NCBI GenBank assembly: GCA_033763455.1
Contig: JANRKO010000006.1
Span: forward strand, 576,001 to 640,000
DNA from: Polyangiaceae bacterium
Lineage (GTDB): Bacteria; Myxococcota_A; Polyangia; Polyangiales; Polyangiaceae
Direction: 5' to 3'
Length of the DNA: 64,000 nucleotides
Made by a program: the position numbers and the translations under genes. Below, piece by piece: positions 30,496-40,726 of this stretch. How positions within the stretch are numbered: position 1 is the first letter of the stretch; each line of letters begins with the position of its first letter. The notes under the pieces were generated by a model. That model was not told the origin of the DNA. It did no database searches and saw only the letters and a list, made by a program, of their open reading frames with translations.

Positions 30496-31806
30496 CTACC
30501 GAAACTCCTCTGCATCGAGCCCATACTTCTCCAGCCAGCGGTAGAGCTGCGTGCGGTGAAGCCCTAGCTGCTTACTCACGGCAGCGATGTTGCCTTGATG
30601 CTCTTGCAAGGCCTTCTGGAGTTCTTTTCTGGAGACATTGGGGCCAGGGTGCGTTGCCGGAGGGGATTCACTTGGTAGCGTAACTACCTTCTTTCTGCTT
30701 GCCAGGGGCCGCGCGACTTCTGTAGCAACGCTGAGAAGGTGCTTGAGAGTAAAGGGCGGCTCCCCACTGAACACGTTTAAGGAATGAACAAGGGACTGCA
30801 GTTCTCGAATATTGCGAGGCCAATCCCACAACAAGAGAGACTCGGCTACGTCGGCATCGCAACTGAATGCCTGTTTCGAAGCCGAGCCGATCTGCTCGGC
30901 GATCATCAGCACATCCGTCTTGCGTTCTCTCAGGGGAGGAAGCTTCAGAATGAGTTGCGCCAGCCTGCCGAAGAGATCTTCACGGAAACGCCCCGCTCGG
31001 ACGGCTTGTTCCAAATCAACGTTGGTTGCGGCAATCACTCGTAAGTCGACCTTGATTTCTCGATCCGAACCGATCGGGCGCACGGTGCCTTCTTGAAGCA
31101 CGCGTAGGAGCGCCGGTTGTTGATCCAGAGGGAGATCTCCAATCTCATCGAGAAAAAGCGTCCCTTCATGGGACCGGGTTACGAGCCCTTCCCTCGGTGC
31201 ACCCGCGCCGGAAAAAGCTCCCTTCACGTGGCCGAAGAATTCAGATGCCAGAAGGTCGCGCGGGAGGACGGCGCAATTGACGGGCACAAAGCTTCCAGGT
31301 CGCTGGCTTTGAGCGTGAATGAATTGCGCCATGCGCTCCTTGCCCGCACCAGTTTCTCCACTCAATAAGATCGGGAAGGGCGAGCGAGCCGCCTGACTTG
31401 CAGCGAGCTTCACTTGTGCCATCGTGTTCTGTTCCTCAAACACAAACAGCGTATCGCCACCCCGAATCACGTCGCCATGGTTCAACGGTTGGGTTTCCGC
31501 GCGCTCACCGTTTACCCAGGTACCGTTACGGCTGTTTGCGTCGCCGAGGCGAAAAGCGTTGCCACGTCGATCGTACGCGACTCGGAAATGGAGCCGTGAC
31601 ATCCAACGATCGGGTATGGCTGCACCCGCTCCGTTGACGTCGCGACCAAACACAGCAGGCTTGCCGTCGCTCGGGAGCAGTATGCGTTGGCCCACGGAAG
31701 CCTGGATGGGTGAGTGAACGACGCACAGAAACGCCGAACGCTCGCCCTCGGAAGACGGGGGCGATTCCGAGCGGGTCACGGTGCTTTCTTGGCGGACGCT
31801 GTTCAT
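30496..31806 (-). CDS. FHA-domain sigma54 enhancer-binding protein
   Basis: FHA (FGR, MSRLH, NSRNGT); GETGAGKE, GAFSGA, FLDEIGD, RFREDL, WPRNIREL; Fis-type HTH. Confidence 0.93.
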   Translation of the reverse strand: MNSVRQESTVTRSESPPSSEGERSAFLCVVHSPIQASVGQRILLPSDGKPAVFGRDVNGAGAAIPDRWMSRLHFRVAYDRRGNAFRLGDANSRNGTWVNGERAETQPLNHGDVIRGGDTLFVFEEQNTMAQVKLAASQAARSPFPILLSGETGAGKERMAQFIHAQSQRPGSFVPVNCAVLPRDLLASEFFGHVKGAFSGAGAPREGLVTRSHEGTLFLDEIGDLPLDQQPALLRVLQEGTVRPIGSDREIKVDLRVIAATNVDLEQAVRAGRFREDLFGRLAQLILKLPPLRERKTDVLMIAEQIGSASKQAFSCDADVAESLLLWDWPRNIRELQSLVHSLNVFSGEPPFTLKHLLSVATEVARPLASRKKVVTLPSESPPATHPGPNVSRKELQKALQEHQGNIAAVSKQLGLHRTQLYRWLEKYGLDAEEFR

Positions 31807-31882
31807 GAGGCCCTGGATTTATGGCACGAAGCGGTCGAGCCAGTCGAGCACTAGGGGCAGCCCTGCGAAAAGACCCCCACGA

Positions 31883-31899
31883 TGGCACAGTGTGAGCCA
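31883..31899. promoter_or_regulatory. Palindromic candidate enhancer (UAS)
   Basis: TGGCACA-GTG-TGAGCCA in the region between the activator and lipoprotein B, ~120 bp upstream of a sigma54 promoter. Confidence 0.7.
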
Positions 31900-32020
31900 C
31901 TCTCCCGAGCTCCTGTGACTATTCGATCTCGCCAAGTGCTCACCGCTTCAGGTCTTCACCTGCGCGCTTTCTCACTGAGTCCTGCGAACCACCGTTTGAG
32001 TAGTCGGTAGCTCGTGAGGA

Positions 32021-32036
32021 CGGCATGGGGATTGCT
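32021..32036 (+). promoter_or_regulatory. Sigma54 -24/-12 promoter for lipoprotein B
   Basis: CGGCATGGGGATTGCT, GG-N10-GC spacing with TTGCT. Confidence 0.72.
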
Positions 32037-32047
32037 TTGTGCAACCC

Positions 32048-32710
32048 ATGATTTATCAAGCCCAAGCTCGGCGCCCAGCATTATATTTTCTTCCCCGTGG
32101 TGGATGGCTCTTGGCCTGCACACTCGTGGCGTGTGGGGCACCCTCAGAACAAGAAATAGCCCGCAATGAGCCGTCGCCCTCGAGTGCTGCGCCTCAGGGC
32201 GCAGGGGAATCGGCAGCTCAAGGTGGGGCATCATCGTATGACGTCGGATCTCCTGCGGCTTTTGAACAATCAAAAAAGGATGCTGCTGCTGCAACTTCAC
32301 CTCAAGAGTGCCGGTTCATGCGTGGTCAGGGTGGCGCTAACCTCATTTCGTGCCCGACGATAACAATCGATTTCGTACCGCCCCTTCCCGCAACGAGTTC
32401 CGTCTCGGTGGGTGTGGATGGCGCCAATCCAGAAGTATTGGCGACCGGTAGTACCTGCGAGGGCTTCGGGGCGTGCGTTCAACTGCAGGGGGACTCCCAA
32501 GAGCGAAGGTCCGTAGTCCTGCGGCTATCGACTGGGAATGACCCTTTCTCGTTCGTACCCGACTACCCGGCTTCGGTGACTATCTCCGTGGGTATGGGCG
32601 CGGACTCCAAGACCCTGGAATTTTCACCACTTGCGTATTCTTGCGTGGCTCAATCGGTCGATGACTGGTGCTGGAAGACCGAGCCCCTCACCTTCAATAC
32701 GGCTCCCTGA
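32048..32710 (+). CDS. Hypothetical lipoprotein B (paralog of 25811-26518)
   Basis: Lipobox LVAC, Ser/Ala/Pro linker, ISC...FVPPL and YSC...WCW. Confidence 0.75.
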   Translation: MIYQAQARRPALYFLPRGGWLLACTLVACGAPSEQEIARNEPSPSSAAPQGAGESAAQGGASSYDVGSPAAFEQSKKDAAAATSPQECRFMRGQGGANLISCPTITIDFVPPLPATSSVSVGVDGANPEVLATGSTCEGFGACVQLQGDSQERRSVVLRLSTGNDPFSFVPDYPASVTISVGMGADSKTLEFSPLAYSCVAQSVDDWCWKTEPLTFNTAP

Positions 32711-32770
32711 AGCGCCTAAAGCATCGCGCCGTCATAACCACAGGTTCACCACGGTAGAGGAGCCCCCGGC

Positions 32771-34783
32771 TTAGAACCCCTTGCTACTGGGCCTGCCCGA
32801 TCGGATGGCCAGCATTACCTCGTGGTTGCGGGTAGTGGGCGCGCCGCGCTTGAGCACTACGTACGGTGGAGCGAACGCCACTACGCCAAATTGGGTGCCG
32901 CGCAGAAGAGCTAATATTGGTTCGGCGCTTGGAGTGCAGGGGATGCCATAGGCGCTTACTACGTATTCGGCGTCGAACGGGTTACCTGAGAAATTGTAGG
33001 CGTTGGCCCGATTCGAGACGTGCGGCACCACGCAGTCTGAGGCGGCTACCGGTACTCTGGGCGGGATTACGCTCAGAACTTTGTCGCGAGCGATGCGACC
33101 TGCGCGATCCTGCTCCGTCGGCGTGAAAGCAAACTTGTAGAAGCCGCCCATCGCGGTGTTGTGCTGAAGCACCGCCCCAAAGTGGTAACTGGTGATGAGT
33201 GTTGCGACGGCTAGAGCAAGGAGCGAAGCCATGAAGCTGAGCGTTCCGGAGCGGGGCGTTTCCAAGCTCTCGGTTTTCATCGTTCCAAGGCCAATAATGG
33301 TAGCTACAAACACATAGGGGGTAAAATGTGCTGTGTATTGAAACGAAATCATGATTGGCGAGAGGGAGTTGGCCACGGCACTCCGACCCGTGAGGAGCGT
33401 GAAGGCAAACCCGGACACCAGCATGATTAACGTGAGGGGCTTGCGTAGCGGTAAGAAGAGAACTGGAACCAAGATCTGCAGAAGATACGTGAGTCTATCG
33501 CCCGTGAGTAGCGCGTGGGCTAAGTAGCCGGGATTCCCGAGTACCGTCTTCAGGATACCGCCCGCTCCAGTTTCTCCTTTGGGAATAATCCCTTCATACA
33601 TGTAGAGGAATGATGCCCCGCCGCCCTCGTTGGGCATAAGCACCATCTTCATGATTACGGAAAAGAGCAGAGAACTTACCGCTAATGCGGCTCCTGGCCA
33701 GGGCCGTTCGCCCGAGAGCACAAAGTAGGCACCCAAGGCTGCAAGCCCAAGCCCGATGTCTTCGCGTACGCTCAACGCAAGCGCTGCAAAAATAGCCATG
33801 AGGATGAGGCGCCGGCTTTGCAGAGCGGCGGCCGTGGCCAACACAAAGAAGGGGGCGAGAGTGAGATAGTGGAAGTGGTAGAGGTTGGAACCGTGAAGAG
33901 GAGCGTACAGAAGGTAGCACACGGCAACGAGTGCGGCGGGCCAACCTCCTATGCGGCTACGGCCAAGCAGGTACAGGGGAATCGCGCCCGCCGCTAATAG
34001 GACGGCCTGGATAATGAGCAGTGTTTCAGCTCGCTGTGCGAGTGCATAGATCGGGGCTAATGCGAAGGCGATAAACGTCGCGTGGAGACTAAAGTGGCCG
34101 CCTGTTGGGCCGCGAAGTGGCGAACACTTGAACAGCGGCGAAGAAAAATGGGTGGTATTCCACAGGATATTGTGTTCGATACCCAAATCGTAGGTGCTCG
34201 TGTAGCCGTACCAATGCGCTCGGACCGTGATGACACTGAAGTAGATGGCATAGGCTGCCGCCGCCAGGCTAACCGTCGCAAGTGGCAGATCCAAGGAGGG
34301 CTTAGACAAGAGCGCGCGCGACCCGTGGGCGAGGCGCACCATGCTTCCGCCCTCGGAGCGACCAAAGATTGGCGGTTGTCGCCACGCAACGATCAGCAGC
34401 GAGCGCAGCAAGAGCCCAACCACGCCCGTCATCACCAAAAGCGCTAGCGGGCGAGATTCCCAAAGTTCCCAGCGAGCTGCCAGCGGGAGGACCGGGAAAA
34501 CCAAAACAGGTGAAAGCCGGAGCGCGATGGATTCGAGTCGCGGCCCGCCGTGCTTTTTGGCTCCAAGGATCAACGCCACAAGTGTTGCTACGCCCATGGC
34601 GGCAGCGATCCCCAACATGACGGAGGAGCGAGCTTCTCGTTCAAGAGCGTTGGTCCCGACGTAGGAAAGGAGTCGGTCGCCGAGCGTTGCGTAGGCAATG
34701 GCGAGCGCAGCGCTGGCGGCTTCAAGATTGAGCAGGCAGAGCGCTCGTGCCAATCCGGGGAGCTGACTTCTCGGTTCCGTCAT
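32771..34783 (-). CDS. DUF2079-like GT-C-fold membrane protein
   Basis: YDLGIEHNILWNT, HF..H, YHFH, VRED, FQY motifs; many TMs; ATG 34783 (ORF open to 34822). Confidence 0.8.
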   Translation of the reverse strand: MTEPRSQLPGLARALCLLNLEAASAALAIAYATLGDRLLSYVGTNALEREARSSVMLGIAAAMGVATLVALILGAKKHGGPRLESIALRLSPVLVFPVLPLAARWELWESRPLALLVMTGVVGLLLRSLLIVAWRQPPIFGRSEGGSMVRLAHGSRALLSKPSLDLPLATVSLAAAAYAIYFSVITVRAHWYGYTSTYDLGIEHNILWNTTHFSSPLFKCSPLRGPTGGHFSLHATFIAFALAPIYALAQRAETLLIIQAVLLAAGAIPLYLLGRSRIGGWPAALVAVCYLLYAPLHGSNLYHFHYLTLAPFFVLATAAALQSRRLILMAIFAALALSVREDIGLGLAALGAYFVLSGERPWPGAALAVSSLLFSVIMKMVLMPNEGGGASFLYMYEGIIPKGETGAGGILKTVLGNPGYLAHALLTGDRLTYLLQILVPVLFLPLRKPLTLIMLVSGFAFTLLTGRSAVANSLSPIMISFQYTAHFTPYVFVATIIGLGTMKTESLETPRSGTLSFMASLLALAVATLITSYHFGAVLQHNTAMGGFYKFAFTPTEQDRAGRIARDKVLSVIPPRVPVAASDCVVPHVSNRANAYNFSGNPFDAEYVVSAYGIPCTPSAEPILALLRGTQFGVVAFAPPYVVLKRGAPTTRNHEVMLAIRSGRPSSKGF

Positions 34784-34891
34784 TGGGCGCGCAGCATATG
34801 GGGCCTCCGGGCAATTGACCACGTAGAAGAGCGCCGCCGCCCCGCCAGCGCAAGGTGCACCCCTCGCCCCCTTTTGCTATAGCCCCCGCGC

Positions 34892-35827
34892 ATGACCAAA
34901 GTGTTCATCGATGGGCAGGAGGGCACCACGGGGCTTCAAATCCGGGACCGACTTGTCGAGCGCACGGATCTTGAGCTTTTGGAGATCGATCCTAAGGAGC
35001 GCAAAGCGGAAGACGCGCGCCGGAGCTTGATCCAGCAGGCCGACATACTGATCACCTGCCTGCCGGATGACGCGGCTCGTGCCTCGGTGGGCATGATCAA
35101 GGGCGACCGCACTCGGGTCATCGATCCGAGCACGGCGCATCGGACGCTGCCAGGCTGGACGTACGGCTTGCCTGAGCTGCACAAGGGTCAGCGCACAGAG
35201 GTTCAAAATTCCCAGCGAGTCGCGGTTCCTGGCTGTCACGCAACGGGGTTCGTCCTCGCTTGCTATCCGTTGATCCAAGCGCGGCTGTTGCCAACAGATT
35301 ACCCGCTTGTCGTGCACTCGCTCACCGGTTACAGCGGTGCGGGCCGGAAAGGAATTGAACTTTATCAATCTCCCACCGAAGGCATGGCGGCTCGGCCCTA
35401 CGCACTGGAGCTTTCGCACAAACACCTGCCAGAAATGCAAGTTATCTGCGGGCTTACGCGCCCTCCGATCTTTGAGCCTGTGATCGTTAACCTCTACAAG
35501 GGCATGTTAGTTTCGGTGCCTTTGTATCGGCACATGCTGGCTCCCGGCGCGACCCTTGAATCTGTGCACAAAACGCTCTCGGAGCACTACGCCGGAGAAT
35601 GTTTTGTCCGCGTCATGCCGCTAGGGTACGCGCCCGAGGGTGGCGCGCTCGATCCCACGGGCTGCAACGACACCAATCGCCTTGATTTGTTCGTATTCGG
35701 CAATGCCGAGCGTATTCTCCTGGTAGCGCGCCTCGACAACCTCGGAAAAGGGGCTTCAGGTGCAGCAGTACAGTGCCTGAACTTGATGCTCGGTGTCGAT
35801 GAACGCACCGGGCTTCGCGTGGATTAG
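34892..35827 (+). CDS. argC: N-acetyl-gamma-glutamyl-phosphate reductase (short, type 2)
   Basis: KVFIDGQEGTTGLQI, PGCHATG, GYSGAG, HKHLPEM, LDNLGKGASGAAVQ. Confidence 0.95.
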   Translation: MTKVFIDGQEGTTGLQIRDRLVERTDLELLEIDPKERKAEDARRSLIQQADILITCLPDDAARASVGMIKGDRTRVIDPSTAHRTLPGWTYGLPELHKGQRTEVQNSQRVAVPGCHATGFVLACYPLIQARLLPTDYPLVVHSLTGYSGAGRKGIELYQSPTEGMAARPYALELSHKHLPEMQVICGLTRPPIFEPVIVNLYKGMLVSVPLYRHMLAPGATLESVHKTLSEHYAGECFVRVMPLGYAPEGGALDPTGCNDTNRLDLFVFGNAERILLVARLDNLGKGASGAAVQCLNLMLGVDERTGLRVD

Positions 35828-36150
35828 CGCTCCGCGTCGCTCCGCACCGACTGCAGATAGAGCAGGACCTGTTCCCGTTCTAGCGAAGTGAGCTCCACAC
35901 CGTGCTGGGTTTGCATTCGCTCTACAGCCTGCGGCCACTCTGCAGCAGAGAGCCGCTCGGGGAGCCACAATGTGTGACACCCCGAGCACTTGGCGACATA
36001 GGTACTGCGCGCCGCTGTAAGAGATTCGACGCTGGTGCCCGGAGAGCGTTTTTGCGCGGCCTCTGCGTGTGCGGGGGAAGGGAGTGGGAGTGTCGCGTTG
36101 CAACCCGAGAGGAGCACCGCGCTTAGGGCTAACTCAGGCCGTAGAGTCAA
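35824..36150 (-). CDS. Monoheme cytochrome c lipoprotein
   Basis: Lipobox LSGC; CSGCH heme motif; EW...VERM distal Met; TTGA overlap with the upstream gene. Confidence 0.85.
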   Translation of the reverse strand: MTLRPELALSAVLLSGCNATLPLPSPAHAEAAQKRSPGTSVESLTAARSTYVAKCSGCHTLWLPERLSAAEWPQAVERMQTQHGVELTSLEREQVLLYLQSVRSDAER

Positions 36151-37007
36151 AGGTCGAATCCCATCAAAATACGCGTTTGGACGTATTCCCCGTCGGAAAG
36201 ATCGAGGTGGCTGTCAGGGGAGGCACCCTTGAAGGCTAGAATTTGTGGCAGAACACTGAGCGTGAGCCAGTAGCGGTCGGAAGCAACCGCAAAGGAGGGC
36301 CCAGCACTCACACGTGAGTGTTCGAGCTCACCGTGCTCCAGTTTATTATACTGTTCGAGCTCTACTCCCACCACCATGTTAGGTTTGACAAAGTATCCTG
36401 CGCCAGCTGCCACGCCGGTCTTGATTTCTTTCTCTGTCTCGAGCTCACCCATGCCCCATTCGAACTCGAATACAGGGTTCGCGGCGAACAACAGCGAGCC
36501 GATCTGCTTGTCTACGATAACTTTGGCTTCTAGCTCCACCTCGGCGGGCCCAATGCTGACTTCCCCGTAGAGCGCGCTGCCCACGGCATCTGCCACGGCA
36601 TCACTCAACTTGTACTTCCACTCGGAAGAGATGCCGGAGAATTCAAACGCGCTTGAGCGAACACGGGTTGTCCCCATGCCGGTGGCATCGGGTACGCTGC
36701 TATCGGCGGTGACGGCCTTAAAGTTCCAATACAGCGCCGTTTGCAGGTTTTCTACAACACCCACCTCAAACTCGAGCCGTTGATCGAAGCGGCTAAAGTA
36801 CGCGTCGCGCCCGGCGCGCCACGTAGTCCACGGCTCTAGCTCCATCGCGCCCGGGTTGAGCACCGCGGATTCGTACGTGCGGTTGAAGTGCCGATCCGAT
36901 GCCTCTGCGGTAGCGGGGTACATCATCACCGCCGCGGTCAGGAGCCCGAGGCCGGTTGCAAAGTATTGGAAGGTGGGGAGGGGCTTGAAACTTGTTGGCC
37001 GGTTCAT
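36147..37007 (-). CDS. Putative outer-membrane beta-barrel protein (DUF6662-like)
   Basis: Signal peptide ending AEA; alternating amphipathic strands (RLEFEVGV, EWKYKL, ELEAKVIVDK, RILMGFDL). Confidence 0.7.
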   Translation of the reverse strand: MNRPTSFKPLPTFQYFATGLGLLTAAVMMYPATAEASDRHFNRTYESAVLNPGAMELEPWTTWRAGRDAYFSRFDQRLEFEVGVVENLQTALYWNFKAVTADSSVPDATGMGTTRVRSSAFEFSGISSEWKYKLSDAVADAVGSALYGEVSIGPAEVELEAKVIVDKQIGSLLFAANPVFEFEWGMGELETEKEIKTGVAAGAGYFVKPNMVVGVELEQYNKLEHGELEHSRVSAGPSFAVASDRYWLTLSVLPQILAFKGASPDSHLDLSDGEYVQTRILMGFDL

Positions 37008-37016
37008 TGGTGGCGG

Positions 37017-37045
37017 ACCTTAATGAAAATGAAAGTCACTTTCAA
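37017..37045 (-). promoter_or_regulatory. Sigma70-type promoter overlapped by a Fur-family box
   Basis: Minus strand TTGAAA-N17-TAAGGT; 37025-37043 GAAAATGAAAGTCACTTTC matches GATAATGATAATCATTATC at 14/19; AT-rich island. Confidence 0.7.
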
Positions 37046-37158
37046 TAACCAAGTTTAGACTTTTTACTTCCCATAAGTGTTTGAAATGATTGATCTCTAG
37101 TTCGAGCACTCCGAAGTTGCGCCCCAGGGAAGGGGAGACCGGGAGAGCCCAACCACAC

Positions 37159-38076
37159 CTACGCCGGACGGGTATTGGCGGAGGGAGCCCTCTCATCGAG
37201 CTCGCCTCGAAGCAGCTCCACAAAGGCCTGGGCCGCTGAACTCAGTCGCTTGCCCTTGTGGGTGATGAGCTGCAGGCCACGCCGGAGCTCTAGGCCGCGT
37301 ATGGGGACCACCAAAAGGTGTCGCGTCGAAAGCTCAAGTTCAATGGTTAACTTGGAAACGAATGCCAGACCCAGCCCCGAAGCGACAGCATTTTTCAAAG
37401 CTTCGGTTCCTCCCAAGCTCATCACTGGGTTGATGCTGATGCCGCGGCTTAGAAGTGCCGCTTCCACCACATCGCGCGTTCCTGAACCCGGCTCGCGAAA
37501 AAGGATCGGGTACTTTACAAGCTCTGCAGCTGAAGCGAGAGGCCCCTTAGGTCGCACGCCTCGTGTGCCAGAAATAAGCACAATTTCGTCGTGAGCCACC
37601 ACCTCGGCATCTACCGCGCTGGTGCTCACCAGGCCTTCGGTGAGACCGAAATCGAGTTGACCTTCGAGTACTTTGCCTTGAACGTCTCGCGTGTTGTTGA
37701 TCTCAACACTCAAGTGCACCTGAGGGTGACTCTCCCTGAAAGCTGCTAAGAGTGGAGGTAACAAGTAGTTGCCAATGGTGGTGCTGGCACCAATCGCGAG
37801 CGCTCCTCGTGAAAGGCCGCTCAACTCCGCCAACTCAAGCTCGGCGGCTTGCTCGGCCGCAAAGATCGTGGTTGCGTGGCGGCGAAGCGCTTCCCCGGCC
37901 TCGGAGAGCAGCACCCCGCGGGGAAGTCGATCGAGCAAGGAGAGGCCGAGCGCTCCCTCCAACTCCGCCAACTGTTTGGAGACGGCGGGTTGACTCACCC
38001 GCAGCGCCCGGGCCGCTGCCGTGAGGCTTCCATGGTTCGCCACAGCGGCAAATACCCGTAGTTGGTTAAGATTCAC
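37159..38076 (-). CDS. LysR-family regulator (CysL-like)
   Basis: MNLNQLRVF...SQPAVSKQL HTH; GASTTIGNY, REPGSGTR, EALKNAVASGLG. Confidence 0.92.
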   Translation of the reverse strand: MNLNQLRVFAAVANHGSLTAAARALRVSQPAVSKQLAELEGALGLSLLDRLPRGVLLSEAGEALRRHATTIFAAEQAAELELAELSGLSRGALAIGASTTIGNYLLPPLLAAFRESHPQVHLSVEINNTRDVQGKVLEGQLDFGLTEGLVSTSAVDAEVVAHDEIVLISGTRGVRPKGPLASAAELVKYPILFREPGSGTRDVVEAALLSRGISINPVMSLGGTEALKNAVASGLGLAFVSKLTIELELSTRHLLVVPIRGLELRRGLQLITHKGKRLSSAAQAFVELLRGELDERAPSANTRPA

Positions 38077-38089
38077 CCCAGAAGTCTAG

Positions 38090-38124
38090 CATAACTATTA
38101 GTTATGTGAAGCATAAGTATTATG
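38090..38124. promoter_or_regulatory. LysR binding boxes in divergent promoter
   Basis: Perfect inverted repeat CATAAC-TATTA-GTTATG (T-N11-A), followed by the related CATAAGTATTATG. Confidence 0.75.
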
Positions 38125-38144
38125 TCATTTGATTATCTCTGGGG

Positions 38145-38486
38145 ATGGCGCAAATCATCCATCGGAAAATGGGAAAACCTAGAGGAACTCACTACGTCGT
38201 AACCGCCTCGTTCACCAAAACGGGCGCCCCCATCTATTTCACGCCCGAGGGTACCTGGACTTCGGATCTGCAGAAGGCGGCGCTGATAGAAACGGTCGCG
38301 GAGCGGGATGCCCAGGTGCTCCTGGCTTCCGCTCACGAAGCTGTAGCTTGCGATGTCTATACCTTCATGGTGTCTCGCGAGAACGGAGTCATCGATCCGT
38401 TGAGTGCTCGCGAAGAAATTCGCGCCAAGGGGCCCACGATTGAGATGCGGCGCCCGGACACAGGTTTTTCCAGCAAGGGAGTTTGA
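38145..38486 (+). CDS. DUF2849-like protein
   Basis: VVTA...G..IY, W, REEIRAKGPT; position upstream of sulfite reductase. Confidence 0.78.
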   Translation: MAQIIHRKMGKPRGTHYVVTASFTKTGAPIYFTPEGTWTSDLQKAALIETVAERDAQVLLASAHEAVACDVYTFMVSRENGVIDPLSAREEIRAKGPTIEMRRPDTGFSSKGV

Positions 38487-38491
38487 AGGCT

Positions 38492-40142
<1,651 letters not shown>

Positions 40143-40156
<14 letters not shown>

Positions 40157-40631
40157 AGATCAGAAGATCGTTGAAGACACTTGGGTGTACTTGGCTGACG
40201 ACGCCGAGCTGCCAGCCTCGGGAGACGTGATCGTCTCAACGCAACGCCTGCATCGGGACTCGGCGGCGCTGTTCGCGCGCTCGGGTGCGGTGGGCGTGCG
40301 GTTGAAGAGTGATGAGTTGCCGGATGTTATTGGTCCAGATCTCGCTCGCTTGGCACTCGTTGCCGTCGATTTCCCCAAGTTCGGCGATGGCCGCGGTTAC
40401 ACAACCGGGCGCCTCCTGCGGGAACGCTACAACTTCAAGGGTGAGCTCCGCGCCATCGGCAATGTCTTGCGCGATCAGATTTTCTACATGCACCGGTGTG
40501 GCTTCAATGCGTTTGAGCTCACTCCGGGCAAGAGCCTCGAATCAGCGTTGGAAGCCTTCGGCGAGTTCTCGGTCAGCTATCAGGCCGCGGCCGATGATCC
40601 TCGGCCACTCTACCGCCGTCGGGCGATCTAA
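40143..40631 (+). CDS. DUF934-like protein
   Basis: FPKFGDGRGY, GELRAIGNVLRDQ, RCGF; follows cysI. Confidence 0.88.
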
Positions 40632-40726
40632 AGTTCCGACCGAGCGGCTGGAGCCCTGCGGCCGCACGCGGGCTTGTCCGTTCGCTGGAACGAGGCTCTA
40701 CTTGGGCAGATTGGGAGCCCATTGTC

